A stretch of 64,000 bases of DNA from assembly GCA_023665425.1 (NCBI GenBank), contig JAMPDX010000001.1, positions 811,988 through 875,987 on the forward strand. The letters are read 5' to 3'. Below are positions 35,155-46,900 of this stretch, one piece after another. Position 1 is the stretch's first letter. Each line of letters opens with the position of its first letter. Both the position numbers and the translations under genes were made by a program. The notes beneath the pieces were generated by a model. The model ran no database searches and was not told the origin of the DNA. It saw only the letters and a list, made by a program, of their open reading frames with translations. The stretch is from Muribaculaceae bacterium. Lineage in GTDB: Bacteria > Bacteroidota > Bacteroidia > Bacteroidales > Muribaculaceae.

Positions 35155-35162
35155 TAATTTTG
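35155..35162 (+). promoter_or_regulatory. -7 box TAATTTTG upstream of the L31 gene
   Basis: Exact consensus match. Divergent from the tilS promoter. Confidence 0.45.
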
Positions 35163-35297
35163 CACCGCCATTACGAGGGGTCGCTACCCTCAAATGTAAT
35201 GTCCCAAAGGCCTGTGCTGCTATTTCGTATAATGATCGGCACACATTACCCGGGCCTGTAAGACTCAAATTTAAAACGTTTAAGTACTTAAGAAACA

Positions 35298-35552
35298 ATG
35301 AAAAAAGATCTTCATCCCTCCAACTACCGCGAGGTAGCATTCAAGGACATGAGTAACGACGAGGTATTCATTACTCGCTCTACAGTGTCTGCCAAGGAGA
35401 CTATCGAAATCGACGGCAAGGAATATCCGTTGGTAAAGCTTGAAATCACCAGCTCTTCACACCCCTTCTTCACCGGCAAGCAGAAACTGGTGGACACCGC
35501 AGGTCGTGTGGACAAATTCCGCAGCCGCTACGGCAATCGCATCAAAAAGTAA
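35298..35552 (+). CDS. rpmE: 50S ribosomal protein L31, type B (no CxxC zinc motif)
   Basis: [17 protein letters not shown]...[28 protein letters not shown]. Confidence 0.92.
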   Translation: MKKDLHPSNYREVAFKDMSNDEVFITRSTVSAKETIEIDGKEYPLVKLEITSSSHPFFTGKQKLVDTAGRVDKFRSRYGNRIKK

Positions 35553-35605
35553 GCACCCAATCGCTTACCAGGCCTCGAGTTTCCCTGTTGAGACTCCGGC
35601 TAAAA

Positions 35606-35642
35606 ACAAAAGGACGACCGACGGGCCGTCCTTTTGTTTTTT
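35606..35642 (+). terminator. Rho-independent terminator of rpmE
   Basis: aaaaggacg...cgtcctttt followed by GTTTTTT. Confidence 0.75.
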
Positions 35643-35691
35643 AGAGTGGACACAGTTATCTATCTGAGCACATGCCAAATTCAATTAAAAG

Positions 35692-35929
35692 GGGTCAGCG
35701 GACAGGGGCGGTTGGTGAGAACAAACGCATTACGAGGCTGTATACGCAGGGATGGTGTTCGCAAGGACACCGACTTATAGTAACCCCATACACACGCGGC
35801 GATAGCCGCGTGTGTATGGGGTTACGTAGTTAGATAAAAGGCGTGCGTAGCCCGCCGATTTACTGCGCGTTAACATTTTACATGATAATTGCGAAAGTTA
35901 TGAGTCCAACCGCCCCTGTCCGCTGACCC
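35692..35929. mobile_element. MITE-like element: perfect 24-bp terminal inverted repeats around 190 bp of non-coding DNA, with a perfect 20-bp central hairpin
   Basis: gggtcagcggacaggggcggttgg (35692-35715) is the exact reverse complement of 35906-35929. The internal hairpin taaccccatacacacgcggc-gata-gccgcgtgtgtatggggtta lies at 35781-35824. Confidence 0.6.
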
Positions 35930-35948
35930 ATTAAGAGCCTGTTTAGTA

Positions 35949-36377
35949 TCAGTTATTCATCTCCTCCAGAGCTTTGCGCTGGCGTTCGGCCTGTTCGCGC
36001 TGAGCCTCCTCTGAGGTGCGACGGTTCTTATTGGCGACTTCGCCGATTTCCTCCAGCTGAGCCTGCTCGCTGAGGCTGATCTCGCCACCCGTCTCCGGAG
36101 TGATGACATTCCCCTCCTCATCATACTCAGTGCCTATGGAGTTGCCTATAGAGTCGGTGGCCATCGACTGCTCATTCTTGGCCTCATTGAGGGCCTTTTC
36201 TGCCTCGCCCGCCTCCGGTATCTCGGATACTACTTCGGCCTTTTTGGCTGACAGGGAGTCTACATTCCCTTTCTCCACAGGGTCATACTCGTTGGTGCAA
36301 TGCTCTATCTGAGTATCGCCACAAGATGAAAGCATCGCAATGACTGCCAAAGATGATATATATCCGATTTTCTTCAT
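35949..36377 (-). CDS. Acidic lipoprotein (142 aa), function unknown
   Basis: From ATG 36377: MKKIGYISSLAVIAMLSSC (lipobox), then a Glu-rich low-complexity sequence. Confidence 0.7.
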   Translation of the reverse strand: MKKIGYISSLAVIAMLSSCGDTQIEHCTNEYDPVEKGNVDSLSAKKAEVVSEIPEAGEAEKALNEAKNEQSMATDSIGNSIGTEYDEEGNVITPETGGEISLSEQAQLEEIGEVANKNRRTSEEAQREQAERQRKALEEMNN

Positions 36378-36538
36378 GAGACAAGTTTTTGTATTTCTCA
36401 AATGCAAAATTAATTATTAATATTGTAATACACAAATTGTATATCGATTTTGGTGGTCTAAAGAAGTTAAAATATGCGAAATTTATCATGATTTTCATTT
36501 TGCACAGATGAAATTGCCATTATCTCAATTATTTTGTG

Positions 36539-36546
36539 TAACTTTG
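36539..36546 (+). promoter_or_regulatory. -7 box TAACTTTG upstream of glmS
   Basis: Exact consensus match about 175 nt upstream of the ATG. Confidence 0.4.
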
Positions 36547-36721
36547 CACTTTGCAATGTCAGACCTTTGCCGGTATGGCATAAAGACTTCAAATCGAGTT
36601 TTCCCTATAAGCCTAAAAGCCCGGTTAAACTTGCGTGTGTTAATTCATGCGGTAGATGGCTGAGCAGTCACTTATCCATTGAGATTAGCGCAGCTAAAAT
36701 GTTTTATACTAATCAAACTTT

Positions 36722-38566
36722 ATGTGTGGAATTGTAGGCTATCTTGGTGATGGCAATGTTTACGAAATACTTATTAACGGCCTCAAACGACTTGAATATC
36801 GCGGCTATGACAGCGCCGGTATAGCACTGGTGGCTCCCTCAGGCCAGCTTAATGTGTACAAGACACTGGGCAAGGTAAGCAACCTTGAGGCATTCTGTAA
36901 AGATAAAAATCTGGAGGCTAAGGCCGGTATCGCTCACACCCGTTGGGCTACTCACGGCGAGCCTTCCGACTGTAATGCACACCCCCACTATAGTGAGGAT
37001 GGTAAAATTGCACTCGTTCATAATGGCACAATAGAGAACTATCAGGTGCTCCGCGAAGCGCTCCAGCAGCATGGATGCTCTTTCCAGACTCAGACTGATA
37101 CTGAGGTGCTCGTGCAGCTCATAGAGTATATACGTACGTCCAACGATTGTTCGTTGATTGAGGCTGTGCGCGAGGCGCTTAATCAAGTTGTGGGCGCTTA
37201 TGCCGTGGCTATCGTGGAGAAGGATAATCCGGACACTATCATCGCAGCTCGCAAGAGTAGCCCACTGGTGGTAGGTATCGGCGATAACGAGACCTTCCTC
37301 GGCTCTGACGGCACACCCTTTATTGAATATACCAATAAGGTGGTGTATGTGCAGGATGATGAAATAGCTGTCATCTCACGCAACGCCCCCTTGCGTATTA
37401 TCACACTCGACAATCAGGAGGCAAAGATTGATGTCAAGAAGCTTGAGCTCTCTATTGCTCAGCTCGAGAAGGGTGGGTATGACCACTTTATGCTCAAGGA
37501 AATTTTTGAGCAGCCTAATACACTGACAGATTGCCTGCGTGGTCGAGTAGTAGATCATGGCAAACGCATACTCCTCAACGGTGTCTTTGACCATAAGGAT
37601 AAGTTCTTGAATTGTAACAGAATAATTATCGTGGCTTGTGGTACATCATGGCACGCCGGTCTGTTGGGTAAACAACTCATCCAGGATATGTGCAAAATGC
37701 CCGTCGAGGTAGAGTATGCCAGCGAGTTCAGATATTCCCACCCGGTGATCACCGACAAGGATATCGTCATAGCAGTGAGCCAGAGCGGTGAGACTGCCGA
37801 CACTTTGGCCGCCATCAAGATAGCTCGCGAAAAGGGGGCCTTCGTATATGGTATCAGCAATGTGGTGGGCGCATCCATCCCTCGCGAAACTCAATCCGGC
37901 ACATATATCCATGTTGGCCCGGAGATTGGTGTAGCTTCAACTAAGGCGTTTACAGGCCAAGTAGCGGTATTCACAATGCTGGCTCTGGCAGTAGCTCAGT
38001 TGCGTAACACTATGACTCCCGAGCAGATAGCCCAGGTGGGCGGCTACCTGAAGCAGATTCCTAACTTGGTGAAGGAGACTCTCAAGCTGAATGATAAAAT
38101 CAAGCAGCTCTCCCTTATATATACGTACGCGCGTAACTTCCTCTACTTGGGACGCGGCTATTCTTACCCCGTAGCCCTCGAAGGTGCCCTCAAGCTCAAA
38201 GAGATTAGTTACATCCACGCTGAGGGATATCCGGCTGCCGAGATGAAGCATGGCCCCATCGCTCTTATTGACAGTGAGATGCCCACCGTAATTATAGCAC
38301 CACACGACCACCTGTATGACAAAATTGTTAGCAATGTGCAGCAGGTCAAGAGTCGCGGCGGCTCTATTATCGCTATCGTCACCAAGGGAGACAGTGTGAT
38401 AAAAGACCTGGCTGATCATGTGCTCGAAGTGCCTGAGGTGCCCGAGTGTCTCACACCACTCATCACCTCTATTCCGCTGCAACTGTTGAGCTATTATATA
38501 GCCATAAATAAAGGTAAGGATGTGGATATGCCACGCAACCTTGCCAAGTCAGTCACAGTAGAGTAA
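36722..38566 (+). CDS. glmS: Glutamine--fructose-6-phosphate aminotransferase
   Basis: MCGIVGY N-terminal nucleophile, two SIS domains, C-terminal ...NLAKSVTVE. Confidence 0.97.
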   Translation: MCGIVGYLGDGNVYEILINGLKRLEYRGYDSAGIALVAPSGQLNVYKTLGKVSNLEAFCKDKNLEAKAGIAHTRWATHGEPSDCNAHPHYSEDGKIALVHNGTIENYQVLREALQQHGCSFQTQTDTEVLVQLIEYIRTSNDCSLIEAVREALNQVVGAYAVAIVEKDNPDTIIAARKSSPLVVGIGDNETFLGSDGTPFIEYTNKVVYVQDDEIAVISRNAPLRIITLDNQEAKIDVKKLELSIAQLEKGGYDHFMLKEIFEQPNTLTDCLRGRVVDHGKRILLNGVFDHKDKFLNCNRIIIVACGTSWHAGLLGKQLIQDMCKMPVEVEYASEFRYSHPVITDKDIVIAVSQSGETADTLAAIKIAREKGAFVYGISNVVGASIPRETQSGTYIHVGPEIGVASTKAFTGQVAVFTMLALAVAQLRNTMTPEQIAQVGGYLKQIPNLVKETLKLNDKIKQLSLIYTYARNFLYLGRGYSYPVALEGALKLKEISYIHAEGYPAAEMKHGPIALIDSEMPTVIIAPHDHLYDKIVSNVQQVKSRGGSIIAIVTKGDSVIKDLADHVLEVPEVPECLTPLITSIPLQLLSYYIAINKGKDVDMPRNLAKSVTVE

Positions 38567-38756
38567 ACAGAGCATTGGTTGCGAGGTCGGAGGTCACAGC
38601 AAATACCTCTATAGGCTGTCAATCAGGGTGTTAAATACTAATTTCAGGCTATGGGTACCTTCATGGCTACCCATAGTCTGAAAGCTAAAAAAAGTCAAAA
38701 AATGAGGCTGTATAAATTTTTTTAGCGGAAAATTTTGCAGGTTCAAAAAATATGAC

Positions 38757-38764
38757 TAACTTTG
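38757..38764 (+). promoter_or_regulatory. -7 box TAACTTTG upstream of the tRNA-tuf cluster
   Basis: Exact consensus match 44 nt upstream of the first tRNA. Confidence 0.5.
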
Positions 38765-38807
38765 CAACCGATTTCGGGTCTATCTCTAGGCTCGAGGTCT
38801 TAAAAAT

Positions 38808-38881
38808 GCCTCTTTAGCTCAGTTGGCCAGAGCACGTGATTTGTAATCTCGGGGTCGTTGGTTCGAATCCGACAAGAGGCT
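38808..38881 (+). tRNA. tRNA-Thr (anticodon UGU)
   Basis: Hand-folded cloverleaf. Acceptor gcctctt/aagaggc, anticodon loop ttTGTaa, T-loop ttcgaat. Confidence 0.9.
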
Positions 38882-38926
38882 CAAACAGGTGGTTGGGGTA
38901 AGCAATGTGCTTCCAATCCTCCAATA

Positions 38927-39009
38927 GGGCGAATACCAGAGTGGCCAAATGGGGCAGACTGTAAATCTGCTGGTTTATACCTTCGGTGGTTCGAATCCAT
39001 CTTCGCCCA
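38927..39009 (+). tRNA. tRNA-Tyr (anticodon GUA), class II long variable arm
   Basis: Acceptor gggcgaa/ttcgccc, anticodon loop ctGTAaa, T-loop ttcgaat. Confidence 0.9.
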
Positions 39010-39054
39010 CAATCGGTTGCAGTGTTCCGAGCTTGCCGGCCGATGCAACAATTT

Positions 39055-39127
39055 GCGGAAATAGCTCAGTTGGTAGAGCATTAGCCTTCCAAGCTAAGGG
39101 TCGCGAGTTCGAACCTCGTCTTCCGCT
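39055..39127 (+). tRNA. tRNA-Gly (anticodon UCC)
   Basis: Acceptor gcggaaa/cttccgc (A7-C66 mismatch), anticodon loop ctTCCaa. Confidence 0.85.
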
Positions 39128-39135
39128 CAATTCTT

Positions 39136-39211
<76 letters not shown>

Positions 39212-39243
39212 AATCACAAATCAAAAAATAATATAGCAAACTT

Positions 39244-40431
39244 ATGGCTAAAGAAAAATTCGAAAGAACCAAACCGCATGTTAACATCGGTACTATTGGT
39301 CACGTTGACCACGGTAAGACTACTCTGACCGCTGCCATCACTAAGGTGCTCGCTGAGAAAGGTCTTTCCGAGGCTCGTTCATTTGACTCTATCGATAACG
39401 CTCCCGAGGAGAAGGAGCGTGGTATCACAATCAATACAGCTCACGTAGAGTATCAAACAGCTAACCGTCACTACGCTCACGTAGACTGCCCGGGCCACGC
39501 TGACTATGTAAAGAACATGGTTACCGGTGCTGCTCAGATGGACGGCGCTATCATCGTAGTTGCCGCTACTGACGGTCCGATGCCCCAGACTCGTGAGCAC
39601 ATCCTTCTGGCTCGCCAGGTAAACGTTCCCCGTCTTGTCGTATTTATGAACAAGTGCGACCAAGTAGACGACGAGGAGATGCTCGAGCTCGTTGAGATGG
39701 ATATGCGTGACCTCCTGTCACAGTATGAGTATGACGGTGACGAGACTCCTATCATCCGCGGTTCTGCTCTCGGTGCTCTCAACGGTGAGCCCCAGTGGGT
39801 AGAGAAGGTAATGGAGCTCATGGATGCAGTCGACACTTGGATCCCCCTGCCTCCTCGTGATATCGATAAGCCCTTCTTGATGCCTGTTGAGGACGTCTTC
39901 TCAATCACAGGTCGTGGTACAGTGGCTACTGGCCGTATCGAGGCTGGTGTTGTTAAGGTAGGTGACGAAGTTCAGATCCTCGGTCTTGGTGCTAACATGA
40001 AGTCTGTTGTTACAGGCGTTGAGATGTTCCGTAAGCTCCTCGATCAGGGTGAGGCCGGTGATAACGTAGGTCTGCTCCTCCGTGGTATCGACAAGAACGA
40101 AATCAAGCGTGGTATGGTAATCTGCCACCCCGGCATGGTTAAGCCTCACGATCACTTCAAGGCTCAGGTTTATATCTTGAAGAAAGAAGAAGGCGGCCGT
40201 CACACTCCGTTCCACAACAAATATCGTCCCCAGTTCTACATCCGTACACTTGACGTGACAGGTGAGATTACTCTCCCCGAGGGTGTTGAGATGGTAATGC
40301 CCGGTGACAACGTTGAGATCGATGTTAAGCTCATCACACCCGTAGCTTGCGATCCCGGTCTGCGTTTCGCTATCCGTGAAGGTGGCCGCACAGTAGGTTC
40401 AGGCCAGATCACAGCCATCGTTGAGGACTAA
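39244..40431 (+). CDS. tuf: Elongation factor Tu
   Basis: 395 aa, [21 protein letters not shown] motifs. Confidence 0.98.
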   Translation: MAKEKFERTKPHVNIGTIGHVDHGKTTLTAAITKVLAEKGLSEARSFDSIDNAPEEKERGITINTAHVEYQTANRHYAHVDCPGHADYVKNMVTGAAQMDGAIIVVAATDGPMPQTREHILLARQVNVPRLVVFMNKCDQVDDEEMLELVEMDMRDLLSQYEYDGDETPIIRGSALGALNGEPQWVEKVMELMDAVDTWIPLPPRDIDKPFLMPVEDVFSITGRGTVATGRIEAGVVKVGDEVQILGLGANMKSVVTGVEMFRKLLDQGEAGDNVGLLLRGIDKNEIKRGMVICHPGMVKPHDHFKAQVYILKKEEGGRHTPFHNKYRPQFYIRTLDVTGEITLPEGVEMVMPGDNVEIDVKLITPVACDPGLRFAIREGGRTVGSGQITAIVED

Positions 40432-40489
40432 TCAGTTCTGACAATTACATACAAAAGGGGCTTACCGCCACAGTGGTAAGCCCTTATAC

Positions 40490-40562
40490 ACGGGAATAGC
40501 TCAGTCGGTAGAGCACTGGTCTCCAAAACCAGGTGTCGGGAGTTCGAGCCTCTCTTCCCGTG
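40490..40562 (+). tRNA. tRNA-Trp (anticodon CCA)
   Basis: Acceptor acgggaa/ttcccgt, anticodon loop ctCCAaa, T-loop ttcgagc. Confidence 0.9.
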
Positions 40563-40580
40563 CTAATTTTTAAAACAAAC

Positions 40581-40772
40581 ATGAAACTATTTAGTGCAAT
40601 TAAGGCATCTTACGACGAGCTCGTCTACAAGGTGTCTTGGCCAACTCAAAAACAACTTATCAGCAGCGCTGTGCTGGTGTTGATAGCTTCCATCATCATC
40701 GCCGTGTTTATTTGGGCTGTTGATAAAATCTTTAACTTATTGATGGAGCTTATCTACGGGCTCAGTTTTTAA
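40581..40772 (+). CDS. secE: Preprotein translocase subunit SecE
   Basis: 63 aa from ATG 40581 with one C-terminal transmembrane helix. Sits in the conserved position between tRNA-Trp and nusG. Confidence 0.85.
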   Translation: MKLFSAIKASYDELVYKVSWPTQKQLISSAVLVLIASIIIAVFIWAVDKIFNLLMELIYGLSF

Positions 40773-40792
40773 CTCTTTATCTGAAGTAATCG

Positions 40793-41377
40793 ATGGCTGA
40801 AAACAAACCTGCGGGTGTGAAAGACACTCCTAAGGAAATCCAGAAAGGTTGGTTTGTACTCCGTGCTATTTCCGGCAAGGAGGCAAAGGTAAAGGAAATT
40901 CTTGACTCCGAAATCAAGAATGGCCCCCTTGGAAAACATGTCTGGCAGGTGTTGATTCCTACAGAAAAGGTTATGACTAACCGTAATGGTAAGAAGGTAA
41001 TCAAGGAGCGTACTCTATACTCCGGCTATGTCTTTGTAGAGGCAGAGCTCATCGGAGAGGTAGAGTATGAGCTGCGTAATACCACCAACGTGATAGACTT
41101 CTTGCGCGGACGCACAACTCAGAAACCTGAGAGGCTCACCGAGCAGGAGGTGATGCGTATGCTTGGCCGTGCCGACGAGATGCAAGAGCCGGCCCTCGAT
41201 GAGGAAGACCTCTTTATGGAGGGCGAACCTGTAAAGGTCACTGACGGGCCCTTCAACGGGTTCAGCGGCGTAGTCAAGGAGGTTAACGCAGACAAGAAGA
41301 AGTTGAAAGTGGAGGTTAAGATTTTTGGCCGCCCCACAGACCTTGAGTTGGATAGCACACAAGTAGAAAGAGAATAA
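40793..41377 (+). CDS. nusG: Transcription termination/antitermination factor NusG
   Basis: NGN domain (WFVLRAISGKEAKV) and KOW motif (GEPVKVTDGPFNGFSGVVKEV). Confidence 0.95.
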   Translation: MAENKPAGVKDTPKEIQKGWFVLRAISGKEAKVKEILDSEIKNGPLGKHVWQVLIPTEKVMTNRNGKKVIKERTLYSGYVFVEAELIGEVEYELRNTTNVIDFLRGRTTQKPERLTEQEVMRMLGRADEMQEPALDEEDLFMEGEPVKVTDGPFNGFSGVVKEVNADKKKLKVEVKIFGRPTDLELDSTQVERE

Positions 41378-41439
41378 GCGAGTGATGTTACGGCCTCGTG
41401 GTTTCTCCTCAGAGTTCAATATTATAATTTAAGAAAGAA

Positions 41440-41883
41440 ATGGCTAAAGAAATTGCTGGACAAATCAAATTGCAGATTAAAGGCGGAGCAGCAAATCCGT
41501 CGCCCCCGGTAGGTCCCGCGCTGGGCTCCAAGGGTATCAACATCATGGAGTTCTGCAAGCAATTCAATGCCCGTACCCAGGATAAGGCCGGTAAGGTGCT
41601 TCCTGTAGTTATCACTTACTATACTGACAAGAGCTTTGACTTCGTAGTCAAGACTCCCCCGGTAGCAGTGCAACTCAAGGAGACAGCCAAACTGAAGAGC
41701 GGTTCCGCTCAGCCCAACCGTACAAAAGTTGCGGAGATCACTTGGGATCAGGTAAAAGCGATTGCAGAAGACAAGATGCCTGATTTGAACTGTTTTACTT
41801 TAGACTCGGCCATGCGCATGGTTGCCGGTACAGCTCGCAGCATGGGTATCACCGTCAAAGGGGCATTCCCTGAACTTAACTAA
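41440..41883 (+). CDS. rplK: 50S ribosomal protein L11
   Basis: [31 protein letters not shown]. Confidence 0.97.
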   Translation: MAKEIAGQIKLQIKGGAANPSPPVGPALGSKGINIMEFCKQFNARTQDKAGKVLPVVITYYTDKSFDFVVKTPPVAVQLKETAKLKSGSAQPNRTKVAEITWDQVKAIAEDKMPDLNCFTLDSAMRMVAGTARSMGITVKGAFPELN

Positions 41884-41898
41884 TAAACTTCAATTGAA

Positions 41899-42594
41899 AT
41901 GAGTAAACTTACAAAAAATCAAAAGTTGGCTTTGTCGAAGATTGAAGCTGGGAAGGCTTACACATTGGCAGAGGCTGCCGAGAAGGTGAAGGAAATCACT
42001 TTCACTAAGTTCGACGCTTCTCTTGATATTGATGTGCGTCTCGGTGTTGACCCCCGCAAAGCAAACCAGATGGTTCGTGGCGTCGTTTCCCTGCCTCACG
42101 GTACAGGTAAGCAGGTACGTGTACTCGTACTTTGTAACCCTGATGCTGAAGCTGCTGCAAAGGAAGCCGGTGCTGACTATGTTGGCCTTGACGAATATAT
42201 TCAGAAAATCAAAGGTGGTTGGACTGATGTAGATGTAATCATCACTCAGCCTGCTATCATGGGTAAAATCGGTGCCCTTGGTCGTATCCTCGGTCCTCGC
42301 GGCTTGATGCCTAACCCCAAGAGCGGTACAGTGACAATGGACGTTGCTAAGGCTGTCAAGGAGGTTAAGCAGGGTAAGATCGACTTCAAGGTAGACAAGA
42401 ACGGTATTGTACACGCCTCAATCGGTAAGGTATCCTTCACCCCCGAGCAGATGCGCGACAACGCCAAGGAGTTTATCAACACACTGATTAAGCTCAAACC
42501 CGCCACCGCTAAAGGCACATACATCAAGAGTATTTATCTTTCAAGCACAATGAGTCCCGGTGTTAAAGTTGACACCAAGGGTGTAACCGACTAA
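41899..42594 (+). CDS. rplA: 50S ribosomal protein L1
   Basis: 231 aa, [24 protein letters not shown].... Confidence 0.97.
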   Translation: MSKLTKNQKLALSKIEAGKAYTLAEAAEKVKEITFTKFDASLDIDVRLGVDPRKANQMVRGVVSLPHGTGKQVRVLVLCNPDAEAAAKEAGADYVGLDEYIQKIKGGWTDVDVIITQPAIMGKIGALGRILGPRGLMPNPKSGTVTMDVAKAVKEVKQGKIDFKVDKNGIVHASIGKVSFTPEQMRDNAKEFINTLIKLKPATAKGTYIKSIYLSSTMSPGVKVDTKGVTD

Positions 42595-42606
42595 AACTGA
42601 ACTACA

Positions 42607-43131
42607 ATGAAAAAGGAAGATAAAGCTCAAGTAATAGAAATGATCGGCAAGACCCTGAGTGAGTACAGCTGTGTATATCTGACTCAAACCAGCGGTCTGG
42701 ATGCTGAAAAGACAAGTAACCTGCGTCGTGCCTGCTTCAAGGCAGAAGTGAAGATGCTGTGCGTCAAGAACACACTTCTGAAAGAGGCATTCAAGGCCAG
42801 CGAATTGGATTACAGTGGTCTGTATGACCTGCTTCACGGAGAGACAACACTGCTTTTGAGCAACACAGGCAATGCTCCTGCAAAGCTTATCAAGAAGTTC
42901 CGTGGCAAGGAAGACACTCTGCCCATGCTCAAGGGAGCATACGTAGAGGAGACAGTATATGTTGGCGAAGAGAATTTGGAGACCTTGGCCAATATCAAGA
43001 GCAAGAACGAACTCATCGCCGATGTTGTGGCTCTGCTGCAGTCACCTGCGAAGAACGTTATCAGCGCGCTTAACAGCGGTGCCGGCAAGCTCCATGGCAT
43101 CCTGGAAACCCTCTCCAAGAAAGAAAACTAA
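42607..43131 (+). CDS. rplJ: 50S ribosomal protein L10
   Basis: 174 aa in the conserved position between rplA and rplL. Confidence 0.93.
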   Translation: MKKEDKAQVIEMIGKTLSEYSCVYLTQTSGLDAEKTSNLRRACFKAEVKMLCVKNTLLKEAFKASELDYSGLYDLLHGETTLLLSNTGNAPAKLIKKFRGKEDTLPMLKGAYVEETVYVGEENLETLANIKSKNELIADVVALLQSPAKNVISALNSGAGKLHGILETLSKKEN

Positions 43132-43163
43132 ATTTAAAAATAATAAAAAAACGAAATACGACA

Positions 43164-43538
43164 ATGGCAGATTTGAAAGCTTTTGCAGAACAACTTGTTA
43201 ACCTTACAGTAAAGGAAGTAAACGAACTTGCTCAGATCCTGAAGGATGAGTACGGTATCGAACCCGCCGCTGCAGCAGTAGCAGTAGCAGCAGGCCCCGC
43301 AGCAGCAGGCGACGCTGCAGAGGAGAAGAGCTCATTCGACGTAATCCTCAAAGCCCCCGGTGCAAGCAAGCTCGCAGTAGTTAAGCTCGTTAAGGAGCTG
43401 ACCGGTCTTGGTCTGAAGGAAGCCAAGGAATTGGTAGACAACGCACCCAGCGCAGTTAAGGAGGGTCTTCCCAAGGCTGAGGCTGAGGGCCTGAAGAAGC
43501 AGCTTGAAGAGGCTGGTGCTGAGGTAGAGCTGAAATAA
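43164..43538 (+). CDS. rplL: 50S ribosomal protein L7/L12
   Basis: Ala-rich hinge followed by [24 protein letters not shown]. Confidence 0.97.
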   Translation: MADLKAFAEQLVNLTVKEVNELAQILKDEYGIEPAAAAVAVAAGPAAAGDAAEEKSSFDVILKAPGASKLAVVKLVKELTGLGLKEAKELVDNAPSAVKEGLPKAEAEGLKKQLEEAGAEVELK

Positions 43539-43562
43539 TCAACCCCACATAGACAACAAAAC

Positions 43563-43596
43563 GGTTAAGGACATCTATAGTGTCCTTAACCTTTTT
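43563..43596 (+). terminator. Hairpin + T-tract after rplL (terminator or attenuator ahead of rpoB)
   Basis: ggttaaggaca-tctatag-tgtccttaacc followed by TTTTT. Confidence 0.7.
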
Positions 43597-43929
43597 GCGT
43601 CTAAATTCACCCGCTTAACTTAAACTTTTATAATCTTTTACAAATCTTTAAGATTATTTAACATTATCAAGTGGTTTCAATACCACTGTCAGCTTTATCC
43701 TGAGATTTATCCACGTATAATCGCGTGAAATTCTCCCACCTTTGCTATAATGTGAAGGTATTGATATAGGTTTAAGAAAAGATCACATTTAACTCACGAC
43801 CTTTGATCTAATGTTTAGGCATAGATAAATGTGTAGACATAGATATAGGTTTAAGAAACTATTCTAAGGGCGGTTGGCGCCGCGTTTGGGAACTAATAAT
43901 AGTAAACAGAACATTTAAATTTCTTAAGA

Positions 43930-46900
43930 ATGTCCGTATCGTTAACTGAAAAACCCCGTGTAAATTTTGGCACAGTAAAGAATCCGTTGCCATACCCGGA
44001 TTTTCTCGAAATTCAGCTTCAGTCATTCAGAGACTTTCTGCAGCTTGACACTCCTCCTGAGCAGCGCAAGAATGAGGGTCTCTATAAGGTGTTTGCTGAA
44101 AATTTCCCTATTGCAGATACTCGTAATAACTTCGTACTTGAGTTTCTGGATTATTATATTGATCCTCCTCGTTACTCTATCGAAGAGTGTCTGACTCGTG
44201 GGCTTACTTACAGTGTGCCCCTCAAGGCCAAGCTCAAGCTCTATTGCACTGACCCTGATCATGAGGATTTTGACACTGTAATACAGGATGTATATCTGGG
44301 TCCTATCCCGTACATGACTGAGCAGGGCACCTTTATCATCAATGGTGCTGAGCGTGTTGTAGTAAGCCAGTTGCACCGTTCTCCCGGTGTATTCTTCGGA
44401 CAGAGTATCCATGCCAATGGTACCAAGCTTTATTCAGCCCGTATCATACCCTTCCGTGGTTCATGGATTGAATTTGCTACGGACATCAATAATGTGATGT
44501 ATGCCTACATCGATCGCAAGAAGAAATTGCCTGTGACTACCTTGTTGCGTGCTATCGGTCTTGAGAACGATAAGGACATCATCGAGATCTTCAACCTTGC
44601 TGACGAGGTAGAAGTCACTGAGTCAAACCTCAAGGCCGTAATAGGCAAGAAGTTGGCGGCACGTGTTCTCCACTCATGGGTAGAGGAGTTTACTGATGAG
44701 GATACAGGCGAGGTTACCTCAGTAGAGCGTAACGAAATAATCGTTGACCGCGAGACAGAAATTACAGAGGAGAATATCCCTGAGATATTGGAGAGTGGCG
44801 TTGAGACCATCCTGATACAGAAGGATAATGTAAGTGCCGTAGACTACTCAATCATCTTCAACACCCTGCAAAAGGATACCTCAAACTCAGAGCGTGAGGC
44901 TATCCAGTATATCTATCGACAGCTGCGCAACGCCGAGCCGCCAGATGATGCATCAGCTCGCGAGGTGATCCAGAATTTGTTCTTCTCCGAGAAGCGTTAT
45001 GACCTGGGCGAAGTAGGTCGCTTCCGTATCAACAAGAAGCTTGACCTCGATACCCCAATGGATGTGCGCGTGCTCACTCGCGAGGACATCGTAGCCATCA
45101 TTAAGTACCTGATTGAGCTCATCAATGCCAAGAGTGATGTCGACGATATTGACCACTTGTCTAACCGCCGTGTCCGCACAGTAGGCGAGCAGCTGTACAA
45201 TCAGTTTGGAGTAGGTCTGGCACGTATGAGCCGCACTATCCGCGAGCGTATGAATGTGCGCGACAATGAAGTGTTCACTCCCATTGACTTGATTAATGCC
45301 AAGACCATCTCATCAGTAATCAACACATTCTTCGGTACCAATGCGCTGAGCCAGTTCATGGACCAGACCAACCCGTTGTCTGAGATTACTCACAAGCGCC
45401 GTATGTCTGCCCTTGGTCCCGGCGGTCTGAGTCGTGAGCGTGCCGGCTTTGAGGTGCGAGACGTGCACTACACCCACTATGGTCGTCTATGTCCTATCGA
45501 GACCCCTGAAGGTCCTAACATCGGTCTTATTTCCTCGCTGTGTGTATATGCCAAGGTCAACAACCTCGGCTTCATCGAGACTCCCTACCGCAATGTGTCA
45601 GATGGCAAGGTAGACCTGAACAACAAGGATGTAATCTACCTCACTGCTGAGAACGAAGAGGGCAAAATTATAGCACAGGGTAATGCTCCGCTTAACGACG
45701 ACGGTACCTTCATTCGCAATAAGGTCAAGGCCCGTCAGGATGCCGACTTCCCGATCGTAGAGCCCGGCCAGGTAGAAATGATGGATGTGGCACCTATCCA
45801 GATAGCCTCAATTGCTGCGTCACTCATCCCCTTCTTGGAGCATGACGATGCTAACCGTGCATTGATGGGTTCAAACATGATGCGTCAGGCAGTACCTCTG
45901 CTTCGCAGCGAGGCCCCCATTGTCGGCACCGGTATTGAGGGACAGCTCATACGCGACTCCCGCACTCAGATTATGGCTGAGGGTGCCGGCACTATCGAGT
46001 ATGTTGACGCCACAGTAATTCGTATCCGTTATGACCGCACTGAGGATGAAGAGTATGTATCATTTGAGAGTGCAGTAAAAGAATACAAACTTCCTAAATT
46101 CCGTCGTACCAACCAGGGAACCACCATCGACCTTCGCCCCATCTGCAATGTTGGCCAGCGTGTCAAGAAGGGTGATATCCTCACCGAGGGTTATTCGACT
46201 GAGAAGGGAGAACTCGCTCTTGGCCGTAACCTTAAGGTGGCCTTCATGCCCTGGAAAGGTTATAACTATGAGGATGCCATCGTGCTCAACGAGCGCATGG
46301 TGCGCGAGGATATCTTGACCTCTGTCCATGTAGACGAGTACACCCTTGAGGTGCGCGAGACAAAACGCGGCGAGGAGGAACTCACCTCTGACATTCCGAA
46401 TGTCAGCGAGGATGCTACCAAGGATCTTGATGAGCGCGGTATCATCCGTGTGGGTGCATACGTGGTGCCCGGCGACATCATGATCGGTAAGATTACCCCG
46501 AAGGGTGAGAGTGACCCCACACCTGAGGAGAAGCTGCTCCGCGCCATCTTCGGTGACAAGGCCGGCGATGTTAAGGATGCATCACTCAAGGCCAGCCCCT
46601 CACTTAAGGGTGTGGTAATAGGCACCAACCTCTTCTCTCGCGCCAAGAAGAAAGTCAAGACTCGCGGTAATGCTGATCTGGCTCGCCTCGATGCCGAATA
46701 TGAGCAGAAGCAGATAGAGCTCAAGAGCATCTTGCTCGAGAAGCTGCGTACTATTACTGCCGGCAAGATATCTTCAGGTGTAAAAGACTTTATCGGAGTG
46801 GAAATCATACCTAAGGGCAGCTCCTTTGATGATGCCAGCTTTGAGACCATAGATTATGAGACCATCAATCTGTCACGCTGGAGCTCCGACTCACGCGTAA

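Noticed and set aside
36547-36721. Looked for a glmS ribozyme or riboswitch in the ~175-nt glmS leader.
   Set aside because: I could not recognise the conserved glmS ribozyme core by eye, and the element is not expected in this phylum. A covariance-model search would be needed to be certain.
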